Notes: generated by a model not told the origin, from the sequence alone. Positions 1 through 13,086 are shown, counted from the first letter of the stretch. The stretch is DNA of 64,000 nt from Octopus vulgaris (GCA_951406725.2 OX597820.1:46810001-46874000); one strand, 5' to 3'. A program made the numbers and translations.

Positions 1-77
1 CAAATAGGGAAAGGTAGCGGAAGAGACATGCTAGCAGATGAGGGAGTGATAGAGTGAACGGCTGTATCTCTGTTTGT

Positions 78-462
78 GGAGGCGCAATGGCCCAGTGGTT
101 AGGGCAGCGGACTCGCGGTCGTAGGATCGCGGTTTCGATTCCCAGACCGGGCGTTGTGAGTGTTTATTGAGCGAAAACACCTAAAAGCTCCACGAGGCTC
201 CGGCAGGGATAATGGTGATCCCTGCTGTACTCTTTCACCACAACTTTCTCTCACTCTTACTTCCTGTTTCTGTTGTACCTGTATTTCAAAGGGCCGGCCT
301 TGTCACTCTCTGTGTCACGCTGAATATCCCCGAGAACTACGTTAAGGGTACACGTGTCTGTGGAGTGCTCAGCCACTTACACGTTAATTTCACGAGCAGG
401 CTGTTCCGTTGATCGGATCAACCGGAACCCTCATCGTCGTAACCGACGGAGTGCTTCCATCC
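78..462 (+). mobile_element. Full-length tRNA-derived SINE with 12-bp target-site duplication
   Basis: A-box tggcccagtggtt and B-box-like gtttcgattcc; TSD atctctgtttgt at 66-77 and 463-474. Diverged copies near 19225-19550 (-), 28895-29480 (-) and 32945-33215 (+). Confidence 0.88.
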
Positions 463-2869
463 ATCTCTGTTTGTAAAGCAACACTGTAAAGAAACCTGAG
501 GCACAACGTAATAAATCTTACTATTGAGACATTTACTTTTCTTTCTGCTCGATAGAGAAACGTTTGTCGACATTTACAGCGACTGGGAAAGCTCTACAAA
601 CGGTCACTCGCCCATCTAGAAATAGCTGCTAAATTACACCCTACTACCTTTGATCATAGCACTGTTCGATTGGAGTTTACTTGAAGCTAATCAACAACAA
701 CAACAACAATGAAGTAAACTCTGTTGTAGGTACTCAAAGATCTGTGTTGCTTATTTCAGTCTTCATCGGGTAAATCTGCAGAAAATTTAAAAGGTATTTC
801 GCAAATATAACAACGAAAATTGGTCGTATATAATTTTCTTTTATTTTCTTATTTACAAACGGTGGGTTTTACTGCTATTACAAAGCAACAATAATTCCAC
901 AGCAAATTGTTTTGAGAATTAAGGTTAAATATAGAATTGAAACATGGAAAAATCTAGAATTAATTTGCAACAGTTTACGTGAATGTAAATGTTAGATAAT
1001 TTATGTTGTAGAAATGTTAGATACGATGTTCATAGATATTGTCTTCATGTCGATCGGATAATGTATATAGTAAAATTTAATATGTACAAACAGGTCGTCA
1101 GGAAAGTAAAATAAACGTGCATGAATTTACTGTTTGAAATTCTGTAGAGGCTATGCCGCGGTAGAAGTTAACTGCTATCCTGAAAGAGTGAAATGCGAGC
1201 AAAATAAAATCTGACTCATGATTGCTACCATAATAAATCGCCAGAAACAGAGATTTGCTTGTGTCTAGCGAATGCGACCAAGGGAGAAACAGGGAGATAT
1301 TTAATTTTCACGTGATTTCGAAGAAAATTAGCTCCAAAGTCTACGTGTCTCTGATTCGCTAAAGCAGAATATGTAACAACATTGGCTGTTAAAATGGAGT
1401 CGGAGTAGACCTATGATGAAAGCTATTAAATAGTGGGATTTTAACATGCTTTAGCTTCTAAGCTGCTATAAATTTTGTTATATACTTTTACAGAATTCCA
1501 ATGGCAGATTCAATTAGCTATGAATATGATGCTATTTAATTGCTTGCCAGTTTATAATTTCTTTTATTTATTATCTGATTGTTTTTGTATAGACACCACA
1601 TAGTACGCCTATTCATGTGTAAGTTATCTTTCTTAGTTTAGTCAGTTTCTCTATTCGACTTTTCCTTCATCGAAGACACAATTGTACATTTCTTAGCTCC
1701 CACTTCTACATAATTTTAGCTCCAAGTTGAGACGTTCAAATAATCCCGATTACTCCTTATACATGCCATCAGGTCATGGGAAGCAGAAGGTGAAATCATT
1801 TGTCGCGCAAAAACTTGAGCTGCACGAAGTAACAATCAAACCTCTAAAACCACACCCTACGTCTTAAAAACGAAAGGGAATCTAGTTTTTTTCATTCGCA
1901 AAATATGCATTTTTTAAAAGGAAGTAAAAAATCTGAAAGTCGGCTATAAAAATGTATAAATTAACCAGTCTTCCTTACTGTCATGGCATTCAGACAATTA
2001 CTTACACAGTCATTCTTAATACGTTTTGGTTTTGTTTTGAGAGAGAGAGAGAGAGAGAGATTCAGACTTAAATATATTGAACGCTGTTGTATTCCTTCAC
2101 TGGAGAACATCTTTCAGACAAATATGCGTTCATAGCACACTCGATTCATTAGCTTAAGTCCTTTTTACATATAAAGAATGAATATCGAAATCATCGTTTT
2201 GGTTCTCGCTGTTCACTGTGTTCATGACGATTTACTGTGAAATATAGAGCTAACTTATAGTTTTACCCTAAGTATTTTCATAGACAAAATTGAGGATAAT
2301 TTATAGGGAAGCAGACAAAATGCTTTGTAATAGTATATTATTACATTCCTTTGTTTTGAATTTAAATTTCCGGTGGCAACTGCAAACCATATGCTCTTTT
2401 CAGCTTGCAACATCAAAAAACCAGTTATAGGGCTGATCGTCCAGATTTTTATTACTTTGCCTTATCAACGCTTGTCATGCTATTATTGTCCTGGTTATAT
2501 GACTACCAGAGAAGCTCAACCAACTTGTTGTCATCGACACCATGATAAAAAGAGAGAGCTTCCTACTTAAACGTCGTATTGTTTCATAGGTTTATTAGTA
2601 CAGGTGTATATATAACGTGACATACTGCAGTCATTGCATTTTTATGACAGAGACAAATAAAAAGAGAACAAGAAAGATATTAATAATTCAAACTACACTC
2701 TACGTTGGTGTTTTATTTAGCTTACTGGTTGCTTACTAGGAATTGCTGTTTTGCCTGTTAGAGATAGTGTAGTGACTCTCATGCAGCAATTACCTTTTAG
2801 TTGTTCACCGTTTTGCATTGGTTTTATTTGGACAAACCATGGGACTATGCATAGCGGCTTAACTTCGCA

Positions 2870-3410
2870 CGTCTGAGGGAAGCCATTTTTGAGGCAAATG
2901 ACAACCTCATTTTGTTAATAGGTAATGAAGCTCATTTTCATCTCAGTGGCATGATGAATCAGCAGAACTGTCGTTATTGGGCTCTTGAAAATCTGAGAGA
3001 ACTGCACAAAAGACCATCGTACAGCCCAAAAGTGATGGTTTGGTGTGTTACTGGAAAAGCTGCCGTCATCGGTCCTTACTTTTTGAAGACAATAATGGAA
3101 ATGCTGTTACTGTGAATTCTGGATGTTACATCAAGATGATAAACAACTTCTTTGTGCCTGAATTCCGACAAAAACGTATGCCTATTTGACAAGTGTCGTT
3201 TCAGCAGGATGGGGCGACGGCCCACACAGCCAGAGCATCAATGGATGTTCTTTGCTCTCTCTTCGGTGACCACCTCATTTCAAGGCTTACTGACACTCCA
3301 TGGCCCCTTCGGTCCCCTGATTTGACCATGTGTCACCATGTCTTGTGGAGAAACATCAAGGCACGTGTGTATGTACATTGGACGATTTGAAGGAAGTTAT
3401 TCATGTGGAT
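2870..3410 (+). pseudogene. Degraded Tc1/mariner transposase, DD41D (rosa) type
   Basis: EAHFHLSG..NQQNCRYW and FQQDGATAHT...WPLRSPDLTMC, with 41 residues between the second D and the mutated third D position; frameshifted. Confidence 0.8.
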
Positions 3411-4039
3411 GTAGTGGTTATATGTGTATCAATGAACATAGATGCAAATGGAATGTGTATGTAAACAAATACGTAAACCAATCCATAATTGAAAAGAATT
3501 TATTTACAGTGTTTGATTCGTTATAGGTACACTACATACAAATTGTAGGCAACTGCTATGAGTTGCTAGAAATACAGAGTACATTCGTGGAAGTCATATT
3601 AGGAATGAATATGTTTGTGTGTGTGCGTGTGTGCGTTGATCATTTGAAACAGTAGTCGATCGTAACACTTCGAAACATTTCTCTTGGTCTCTGCCAAAAC
3701 CATCTGTAAGTGGACTATCTCGTCTATCTGCCCCGTTTTGTCTGCCTGCCTCTCTTGTTTCATCACGGTTTTATAATATTTGTGGCAGCTAGAAAGACAG
3801 AACTACTGCAACAGAGTTTGTACCTAAGTAGGTCAGCGCCTGTCCAGTTGAACTTCGCAGGTCGCAGGTCAAAGATGAGGTCGCAGGTCAAAGGGAGATG
3901 ATCAATCAATTTTTGACAGGACAAAGAAAACCTTTTTTCGCGCCTGTTGATCGTCGTGGTTTGGACGACCGAGAATTCTTGGATTCGGTTTCGAATCTAG
4001 GCTTGGAAAAGGAAGTATTAATTCTTACATGGAGGTCAC

Positions 4040-4268
4040 CCAACTCTACAGAGTAATGGTGGAGAGACTGGAGGCCAACTTCCAAGAACGCCTTCAGAAA
4101 TGCATCAATGAAAACGGACACCACATGATGGATGTTGTTTTCCACACGTAATTTTGACAAATGCTAATTCAATACGAACACATTGATGTCAATAAAATTT
4201 GTTTGCAGCTAAAATTGATGATTTTATGAAATTTTCAAAAACGTCTTTCCTCTCTGCCCCACCCTGTA
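4040..4268 (+). mobile_element. 3' end of a rosa-type Tc1/mariner element
   Basis: Encodes NFQERLQKCINENGHHMMDVVFHT*; ends in caccctg followed by TA. Confidence 0.65.
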
Positions 4269-4479
4269 TATATATATATATATATATACGACAGGCCTCT
4301 TTCAGTTTCTGTCTACCAAATCCACTCACAAGGCTTTGGTCTGCCCGAGGCTATAGTAGAAGACATTTGCCCAAGTTGCCATGCAGTGGGACTGAACCCG
4401 GAACCATGTGGTTTGGAAGGAAGCTTCTTACTCCACAGCTACATGCTTATTTCCATTTCCTCAGCAACATTTTATCATT

Positions 4480-4987
4480 CATCCACACTTGAGCCACTCA
4501 AAAGATCTTTTTGATCCTGCCTCATAATGATGGACCCACGTTTCATCTCCTGTGACTATTCTGCTTAAAAACTCGTCACCCTCATTGTTGTAGCTATTGA
4601 GTAACGTTGGCAGACCTCAAGACGTTTGTGCTTGTGTTCTGCAGTATGCTCTCTTGGCATCCATCTTGCACAGACTTTATGGAAGCCGAGCTCATCGTTA
4701 TTGATTTGATAGGCAGAACTATGACTAATCTGCAGAGCACGAGTACATGACACACCTTCCGACCAGAGAAATCCTATCACCATTCTTTCTTCTTCTTCGG
4801 TACACATTGCTAGTGGAGCAGCAATGCTTACACTGTAAAGCCAGAAAGAAAAATGGTGCAATCAGGCTCAAACTTCGATCACGTGACCATAATAGTACCA
4901 TCTATAAGCATGCGTGCGCAGAAGGCAGTGTGACAATAATAAAGATATGTTATGGCGAAAGAGAGGATAATTTTTGACTTCCCTTTA
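4480..4987 (-). mobile_element. Mariner transposon 5' remnant
   Basis: ERMVIGFLWSEG, ELGFHKVCARWMPR and IVTGDETWVHHY on the minus strand; TIR-like end near 4965-4987. Confidence 0.8.
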
Positions 4988-5193
4988 TGTGTATATATCA
5001 GGACGCCATGATAGATCGTTAGCTCCTACACGCATTTTTTTCTCTCCTTGTTTTTTTCTGTGTATCGTTCTGTCGAAGAGCGTAGGCTCGAAACGTAAAA
5101 GACTTTTTCTATTCCTGAGCGCTATACTAATACATTTGTTTAGTTGTACTCCATCTGCCTTCGTCTTTTGTTTATTTTCGTAAACTTTCCCTT

Positions 5194-5226
<33 letters not shown>

Positions 5227-6141
5227 CATGTTTCTATTAGTTCCCATCTACCAAATCTATTCACAAGGCTTTGGTTGACCCGAGGATATAGTAGACACTT
5301 GTCCAAGCCCAAAGTGCCACACAGTGGGACTGAGCCAGGAAGTGGTAGGTAGGGAATCAAACTTCTTTCCACACAGATATGCTAGCGTGTATTTTCTACA
5401 GCACGTTTCTGAAAACGTTCCATTTATTGGATGTTGTAATTTGAGACTTAGTGTCCGTGTGTACATGAATTACTGCCTGGTTTGAGCCTGTACGTCACAA
5501 ACTTTGGAAGGACACATGCTGTTTAACTACTTTGAATTATAGTTTCACTAGACCGGAAGATATCTACACTTCTAGTGATAGAAAATAAAAGAGAACTATT
5601 ATAATTAACTTGTCATCTTTCTATGAATATCTATATTTTTATAGTAGCATGTGTAAATTGATTTCAATGTACTCCACATATAGATATACAAATATAAACA
5701 CACACACACACACGCGCGTGTCTGTGTTTAAAGATTTATAAACGAGAGGAAACTACTCAGACGCAATGAACCGTCCAATTACTTCAATTAAAAGTCTTGC
5801 TCAATAATTAACCTTTATGAGTTCTCTTGAGATGTGTGTGTGTGTGTGTATGCATGTATGTATGTATAAAACACCATTTAATCGATGCTGAATATGGGTT
5901 TCAGGTTTTAGCACAAGACCAGCAATTTTGAGGAGGGGTGTGTCGATTACATCGATCCCATTGCTCAACTGGTACTTATTTTACCATCGACGAAAGAATG
6001 AAAGGCAAAGTCAACCTCGGCGGAATTTGAACTCAGAACGTAAAAACGTACAAGATGCCACTAAACATTTTCTCCGGTGTGCTCACGGTTCTACCAGCTC
6101 ACCTCCCTAATGGATGAATAAATTATACAAATTTATAACTA

Positions 6142-6355
6142 TTGGGTGGGTGCATAATTATTGCGGCTTTTTTTTTTTCAACAAATTTTATTTAAAATAA
6201 TACAATAACAATATTTAACAAAAACATCTTTAAATGACGGTCTCATCGTCTGCCAAGCAAATGGGAAGCAGTAATTAAAGTAGATGGTGAATATGCTCTG
6301 GAATAATCATTTAAAGATGTTTTTGTTAAAGCCACAATAATTATGCACCAACCCA
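6142..6355. mobile_element. Mariner-derived foldback MITE
   Basis: TIRs ttgggtgggtgcataattattgcggcttt / aaagccacaataattatgcaccaaccca (Hsmar1-like); internal KWEAVIKVDGEY transposase C-terminus. Confidence 0.8.
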
Positions 6356-6638
6356 GGAAGATGAGATCATGAGACCAGAAACCATATCAGTTAAAATTTG
6401 ATACTAATGTCTCCTCTCAATGAACAAAAGTGCGTATATAAAGAATTCATCTTTTCTGTACTCCATAATGGCAGCAAGAGGAACCAGTTACCAGATGCCT
6501 AACAACGAGACATTATTTATATGGCGGAAAAAACTGCGTCGAGAACAGGTGTGGGAGGGGAGCAGCGCTGCAGGGGCTGCAAAGGCTGCGTGAGTGCGTA
6601 GAAACCATTTTATGGGTGGTAGTAGTAGTAGTAGCAAG

Positions 6639-7265
6639 GATCTTTTCCTTTTGAACGGCACTTTGTAACAATTTCTAGGTAACTAAAAAGTTTTAAACTT
6701 CGTATACTGGTAGAATACTCTTGGTTTTATTGAGAAAATTCTATAGTTTGTAAGATATTTCGTCTGAAATTTCGAGCATTTCGGCAATTTTAACCAATCG
6801 ATTAACCCCATTGAGCTAAAATCATTTGCTGCGTCTAAAACTGAGACAACATCCTGTCACTAACCCTAAACCTCACCCTAACCCTAAATATTTTTTTTCT
6901 TAATTGTTAAATTAATTTAATTGTTACGCGTGTAAAAAAAACGAAAGCAATGGAAAATAATTTAAACAATTAACAAACAAAATAAGTCTATAATTTTATA
7001 CACACACTTTCCGTATAGGGTGAGGTTTAGGGTTAGTGACAGGATGTTGTCTCAGCTTTAGACGCAGCAAATGATTTTAGCTCAATTAGAGGCGATTCAT
7101 TGGTTAAAATTCGAAAAATTAAACTACGTTAAACAAACGAATTACAATTTTGTCAAGAAAGCCAAGAGAAAAAAATGTTTTATTTTGACACATTCTACCA
7201 GTATACAAAGTTTTAAAGTGTTTATAGTTAACTAGAAATTGTGTGCCGTTCAAAAGGAAAAGATC
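6639..7265. mobile_element. Long-TIR foldback element with internal telomere-like hexamers
   Basis: Ends gatcttttccttttgaacggca / tgccgttcaaaaggaaaagatc; arms pair over roughly 230 bp, including ctaaccctaaacctcacccta / tagggtgaggtttagggttag. Confidence 0.8.
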
Positions 7266-7317
7266 TAATAACAATAATAATAATTGTTGTTGTTGTTGTT
7301 GCTGTTGTTGCTGTTGC

Positions 7318-7369
<52 letters not shown>

Positions 7370-7551
7370 GGAGTGATCCTGCTTTCCTCTTTTTTCCTAG
7401 TGCCATATACAATGTATACTCTCCTTCTTCTAATGTTTGCTGTGTACACTTTTTATTTTAGCATTCCATATGTAACTGCCCACTCCCACTCATATCTGAC
7501 ATTGTATTGTCTCCATAATCCTTTGCTCTAGTGGCAAATAAAAGAAATCAC

Positions 7552-7590
<39 letters not shown>

Positions 7591-7603
7591 CATCATCATT
7601 ATT

Positions 7604-7950
7604 AAGGCGGCGAGCTGGCAGAAACGTTAGCACGCCGGGCAAAATGCTTAGAAATATTTCGTCTGTCTTTATGTTCTGAGTTCAACTTCCGCCAAGGTCC
7701 ACTTTGCCTTTCATCCTTTCTAGGTCGATAGATTAAGTACCAGTTTTGTAGTGGTGTCAATATAAAAACGACTGGCCTCCTCCCACCAAGTTTCGGGCTT
7801 TGTGCCTAGAATAGAAAAGAATCGTTAGCACATCGGGCGAATTGCTTAGCGGCATTTCGTCCACCTTGCTGTTCTGAGTTCAACTTCCGCCGAGGTCGAC
7901 TTCGCCTTTGATCCTTTCGGGGTCGATAAATTATGTACCAGTTGAGTACA
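7604..7950 (+). mobile_element. tRNA-derived SINE with Meta-type central domain (two adjacent copies)
   Basis: ggtcgactttgcctttcatcctttcggggtcgataaattaagtacc core. Other copies near 5905-6105, 28390-28810, 29900-30090, 35545-35690, 49360-49960, 55415-55600, 58840-59055 and 63035-63960, often next to (TAA)n. Confidence 0.8.
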
Positions 7951-8129
7951 TTTTGTGATTCTACATTTCTTTAATAAGCATTCTGTCATGTGGTGGGTGA
8001 GTTTACATTCTTAATTAATCCGGATGTTCAGTTGTAGCATTATTGATTGAATAAAGTATTTAGTGTACGGATCATTAAACATATATTTTGCAACAGTTCA
8101 TTCAGTGAATAATTATGTGTGTATGTGTG

Positions 8130-8895
<766 letters not shown>

Positions 8896-8940
8896 TGTTA
8901 TATATATATAAACCCTTGATAAATATATATATTGATAAAC

Positions 8941-9491
8941 CCTTGTTTCAGGTTTTAAGCCAGAGGCCATTAGTCATTGATGAGTCAGGGCTTTGTCAAC
9001 ATCTGCATTATTCGCTCTCTTTGGATATTTGCCATTGAGAGGGTTTTCTTGCCATTTATCATTCAGAATATCTAAGGCAGCAGTTTTAGCACGGGTTTTC
9101 ATGCGCTTAGCTTTTTCTGTGCTTGTTTCTTGTATGTCTAATTCCGAAATTTGTTGTATTCGGAATTCACTTAGATATTCCTTTTCCTGTTTTGTTACTC
9201 AGTATGATGCTTTCTTGTTTTCATGTTATGAGACAAGTTTTAACATCCAGTCCTCAGAGTTTTTCAGGTAGGTGTCTAGGCCAATTGTAGCAATCTTCAT
9301 TGTTATTGCCAATTGTAAAAGTCCATGGCCTCCCTCTTTTCTTGGCAGATAAAGTCGTTCTATATCTGCCTTACGGTGGTGCATTCTATACATTGTCAAC
9401 AGTTTTCGTATTTTTCTGTCAAGATTACATATTTCAGTAATTGACCAGTTAACGATATTGAAACTGTAAGTCACAACTGGTATGGCTAAAT

Positions 9492-9492
<1 letters not shown>
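8941..9492 (-). mobile_element. R4/Dong-clade non-LTR retrotransposon fragment (RT C-terminal region)
   Basis: AIPVVTYSFNIVNW...LDRKIRKLLTMYRMHHRKADIERLYLPRKEGGHGL. Confidence 0.8.
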
Positions 9493-9527
<35 letters not shown>

Positions 9528-9539
9528 AGTAGTAGTAGA

Positions 9540-10200
9540 AGTGGTGAAACAGTGAAAATCCAGACAATAACGTATCCATTGTTATAACGATTCGAACGTG
9601 ATCGCTGTTCCTTTTCCTCATCAGATAACACCACCTCCCTTTTAGACATTGCATATTCATCACAAGCCTGATTCACCTGTGTAAGGGGGCTTTGAGGCAT
9701 TGCGTTATTTCGACCTCGCTGTATGTCTCCTCTGTCAAAGTTACCTCGTCGGACTGATGAATCTTACAAGAGCTTGAGCGCTCCTTTATAGGAATCAGCA
9801 AGCAAATTATTTACTGATGTGTGTTGATGTCTGCTTAACATAAAAATTCATGGAATTCATGTAGAACAGCAAGAATACAGAAGATAACACATCTATTCAT
9901 TCTTAATATGTTCTGGAAGATTTGAACATTAATATCTGATCACTTGTTTTTAGTCATCGAATGACACTTCTTCCCTTAAACTGCGATTCTGACTTTTACA
10001 GTTGAAGTAGACAACCAGGTAAATAGTGGTCTTTAGTATAATTCTTTTCTCTGTGGAGCAGAGCCTGCACCTCCTACTGCTATTCATATAAGGTTTGCAA
10101 CTCTCCAATTCTCTCCCCTTGATGTAATCCGCAGCATATTCTTTCAATGACCATATGTACCTTGCCAGGGTTGTGACATTTCTCTTCTCCCGAAAAGAAC
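9540..10200 (-). mobile_element. Penelope-like element 3' fragment (GIY-YIG C-terminus plus pLTR hammerhead)
   Basis: TTLARYIWSLKE...KPYMNSSRRCRLCSTEKRIIL; HHR-like motif at 9580-9630 downstream on the same strand. Confidence 0.72.
9580..9630 (-). ncRNA. Minimal hammerhead ribozyme, A15.1U mutant
   Basis: UGUUAU-CUGAUGA-G...GAAC..GUUC-GAAU-CG-UU^-AUAACA: perfect 6-bp stem I. Confidence 0.65.
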
Positions 10201-11914
10201 TCTCTTCACTCGGGCACCTACCTAAATTGTAAAAGTAAGATCTTCCGATCCTGCCCTCATGAACGAAGATATATCATTGGATACTAGTTGATTTGCGCTA
10301 TTGATATAACCGTTAGAATTTCCATCATGGTATTTCTTTTACCACAGTCTGAGGGCTTGATATAAAGTATGCCATACCCAACTTTATTTCACACACACAC
10401 ACACACACATGATTTTAAAACTGACTTCTCCATCCCCACTTCCTACTTCACCCCGTGCTCACATCACCCCAACTCATACTCTCACCTTACCCCCCTCTAC
10501 GAACATTGACTTTATGCACTGTGATGATAATTTCTGATTTTTATCAAGAGTCATAGTTCTAAAGAACAAAAGTTTCCTCTTTTTTTTTTCTCTCACGTCT
10601 TTTTTTTCTGTTCCTTATTTCTTTCTTTTTCGACACCTACATACCAGATGTGACACTTTTTGATCTTTAGTGGCAAAGAGCTCGCATCACACTTTTCCTA
10701 CAAACCCTTCTGATGAGTGTTGAAATCGACTTTCTCAAACCCTCGTATACAAAACCGATTAGTAAAATCGGCTGAAACGGGTCCATAACACTGTAGTGTA
10801 TAAATATATCCGCTTTGTTGACCAGTTTTTACCGATTCATGGATTCTCAGACGACTGTGACTGTGTATATGTACAATATGCATGTGGCGGGGGTATTGGG
10901 TCATGCGTACATGTATGTGTGTGTGCGTAGAGAGAGAGAATGAGGGAGATTAAGAGATTAAGAGAGAGGGAGGGAGAGAAAGCGAGAGGGAGATTAAAAG
11001 AGAGAGAGAGAAGGAGGGAGAGAAATGGGGGAGAGAAAGAGAGAGAGAATATAATTCTCAGGGACAACTGCTTTATAAAATCGTTGACGTATTTGATGAT
11101 TTTAATGAATTGAAATTAATTAAATATGCAATGCTAAAGTCTGAACTTTAGCATTGCAGTAACAACTCCAGACATGTTTCGGCCTTACTGGAGCACTCAA
11201 CTAATCATATTATAACTGCTTGTTTCAATCTTAGATGAATGCGATTTGTTTCCCTGTTCTTTTGTGAATGAACATTGTGGCTTTGTAAATCAAGGAAATG
11301 GCTATATATGTGTAAACCTTTTGCCGATGTACACTTGCAAAGGGTGGAAACATCATCGAGAAAGCCAAACTAAGACCTAGCGGAGTTTAGGAATAGCTGT
11401 CTCTCGAAGTCCTATACCTCATAGGAAAGGGAAACAGTATAGAGGTGATGCGCAAAATGCAAAATATCAATTTTTTTTCAATAGCTATCTGCGTATCATA
11501 CATAATGTATACACGCAATCAATAGGCCAGTTATCTCAAGAGAAATACTGCTGTAACTGGGATATCAACAGTGTGTATACATGAAGTATAACATAGAAGG
11601 CTGTTTTAATCTAATACTGCCTCAATAGCATATATCAGATTTTTGGAAGGAATCATTTTTCTTAAAATTGTAATGTTCATTGTATGAAACACAGGAATAG
11701 TGAAAAAAAAGTTTAGAAAAAAAACCCAAAAAAACACCTTTCTTTTCCCAAGAGGTAAGTGTTTTTGAGGGATAGCAATTCAAAAATTCTGTTCTTGACC
11801 TTACGATATTTTCTTTCTTCTGAGTTACAGACACTCCCTTACGATAAATTAATCACTGGCCTGTTGGAAATGTGCATCAAATGCATTTACTTCATTTGTT
11901 TAGGAAAAAAAAAT

Positions 11915-12460
11915 GTGTGATAAGAAGCTTGGTTCTGAACCACGTAGTTCCGGGTTCAGTCCCACTTCGTGGAGCCTTGGGTAGATGTCTTCTATCATAG
12001 CCTCGAGTTGACCAAAGCCTCGTGAGTGCATTTGATAGACGGAAACTGAAAGAAGCCTGTCGTGTATATATTCTTCTATTCTTTTACTTGTTTCAGTCAT
12101 TTGACTGTGGCCATACTGGAGCACCGCCTTAAAATATTTTTTCGTTTAGTCGAGGAAGTCGACACCAGGACTTATTCTGTCGGTCTTTTGCCGAACCGCT
12201 AAATTACGGAGATGTAAACACACCAACATCGGTTGTCATTGTGTTTGTCCTTGTCCCCACTCCGCACCATTGCTTAACAACCAATGTTAGTGTGTTTATG
12301 TCCCTGTAACTTAGCCATTTGGCAAAAGTGACCTATGGAATAAGTACCAGACTTACAAAAATAATAAGTACTGAGGCTGATTCATTCGACAGAAAATTCT
12401 TCAACGCGGTGCCCCAGCATGGCCACACTATAACGCCTGAAACAAGTAAAAGATAAAAAG
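11915..12460. mobile_element. Cluster of fragments of a bipartite tRNA-SINE family in both orientations
   Basis: Head ggttcagtcccact...ccttggg..gtcttctactatagc and tail ...gactgaaacaagtaaaaga modules; also at 4285-4445, 5230-5375, 13675-14090, 30800-31675, 42420-42660 and 59605-59930. Confidence 0.75.
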
Positions 12461-12855
12461 ATATCCAGAAGGTAATTTCACCCGATAACCTAAAGGGAGG
12501 TAACTCTAGCAAATTTGTTCCGCTTTAGCATGACGTCATATACAAACTAACCAAACTATAATCATAAGCCAACAGTGGGACCTTCAACGTGGTTGCTTGA
12601 CTACTGAAAATGGCAAACAAATCTTTCTCAAGCTATCATACTACCTTATATAAATCAAAGCACGTGAGAAATTGTAGTCTTATATCGTCTTAAAAGACAG
12701 GATGGTCACAGCGAGAATAATTTCCACGGTAGCCTACCTTGTATGTGACTCAGACCTAAAGAACTATAAGAATTGAAAGGAAAAAAATCGGTAAAAGTTT
12801 ATCAGTTTCTTTGCAATGTTATCTAAACTATAGGTCAAGAGGGGATAGATTACTG

Positions 12856-12887
<32 letters not shown>

Positions 12888-13086
12888 TTGGGTGGAAGAA
12901 AGAGAGAATAATACCACGCCAACGTTTGGAAATGTGCTTTGTCGAAACTTGTTGTTGGACACACACGCACAAGCACATACATACATACATACATACATAG
13001 TAACAAGCATGCATACATACATACATACATACACACAGACATACACAGACATTCAAACACGCTCGCCGCACGCATATGTTAACATT

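Noticed and set aside
81-155. tRNA gene
   Set aside because: It is the tRNA-derived head of a SINE with a body and TSD; no proper acceptor stem. The same applies at 18770-18825.
7119-7531. PolyQ, polyT, polyV and polyC ORFs
   Set aside because: All frames of a (TTG)n tract.
9750-9780. CTGATGA followed by a small hairpin on the + strand
   Set aside because: No GAAA, stem III or stem I; not counted as a hammerhead.
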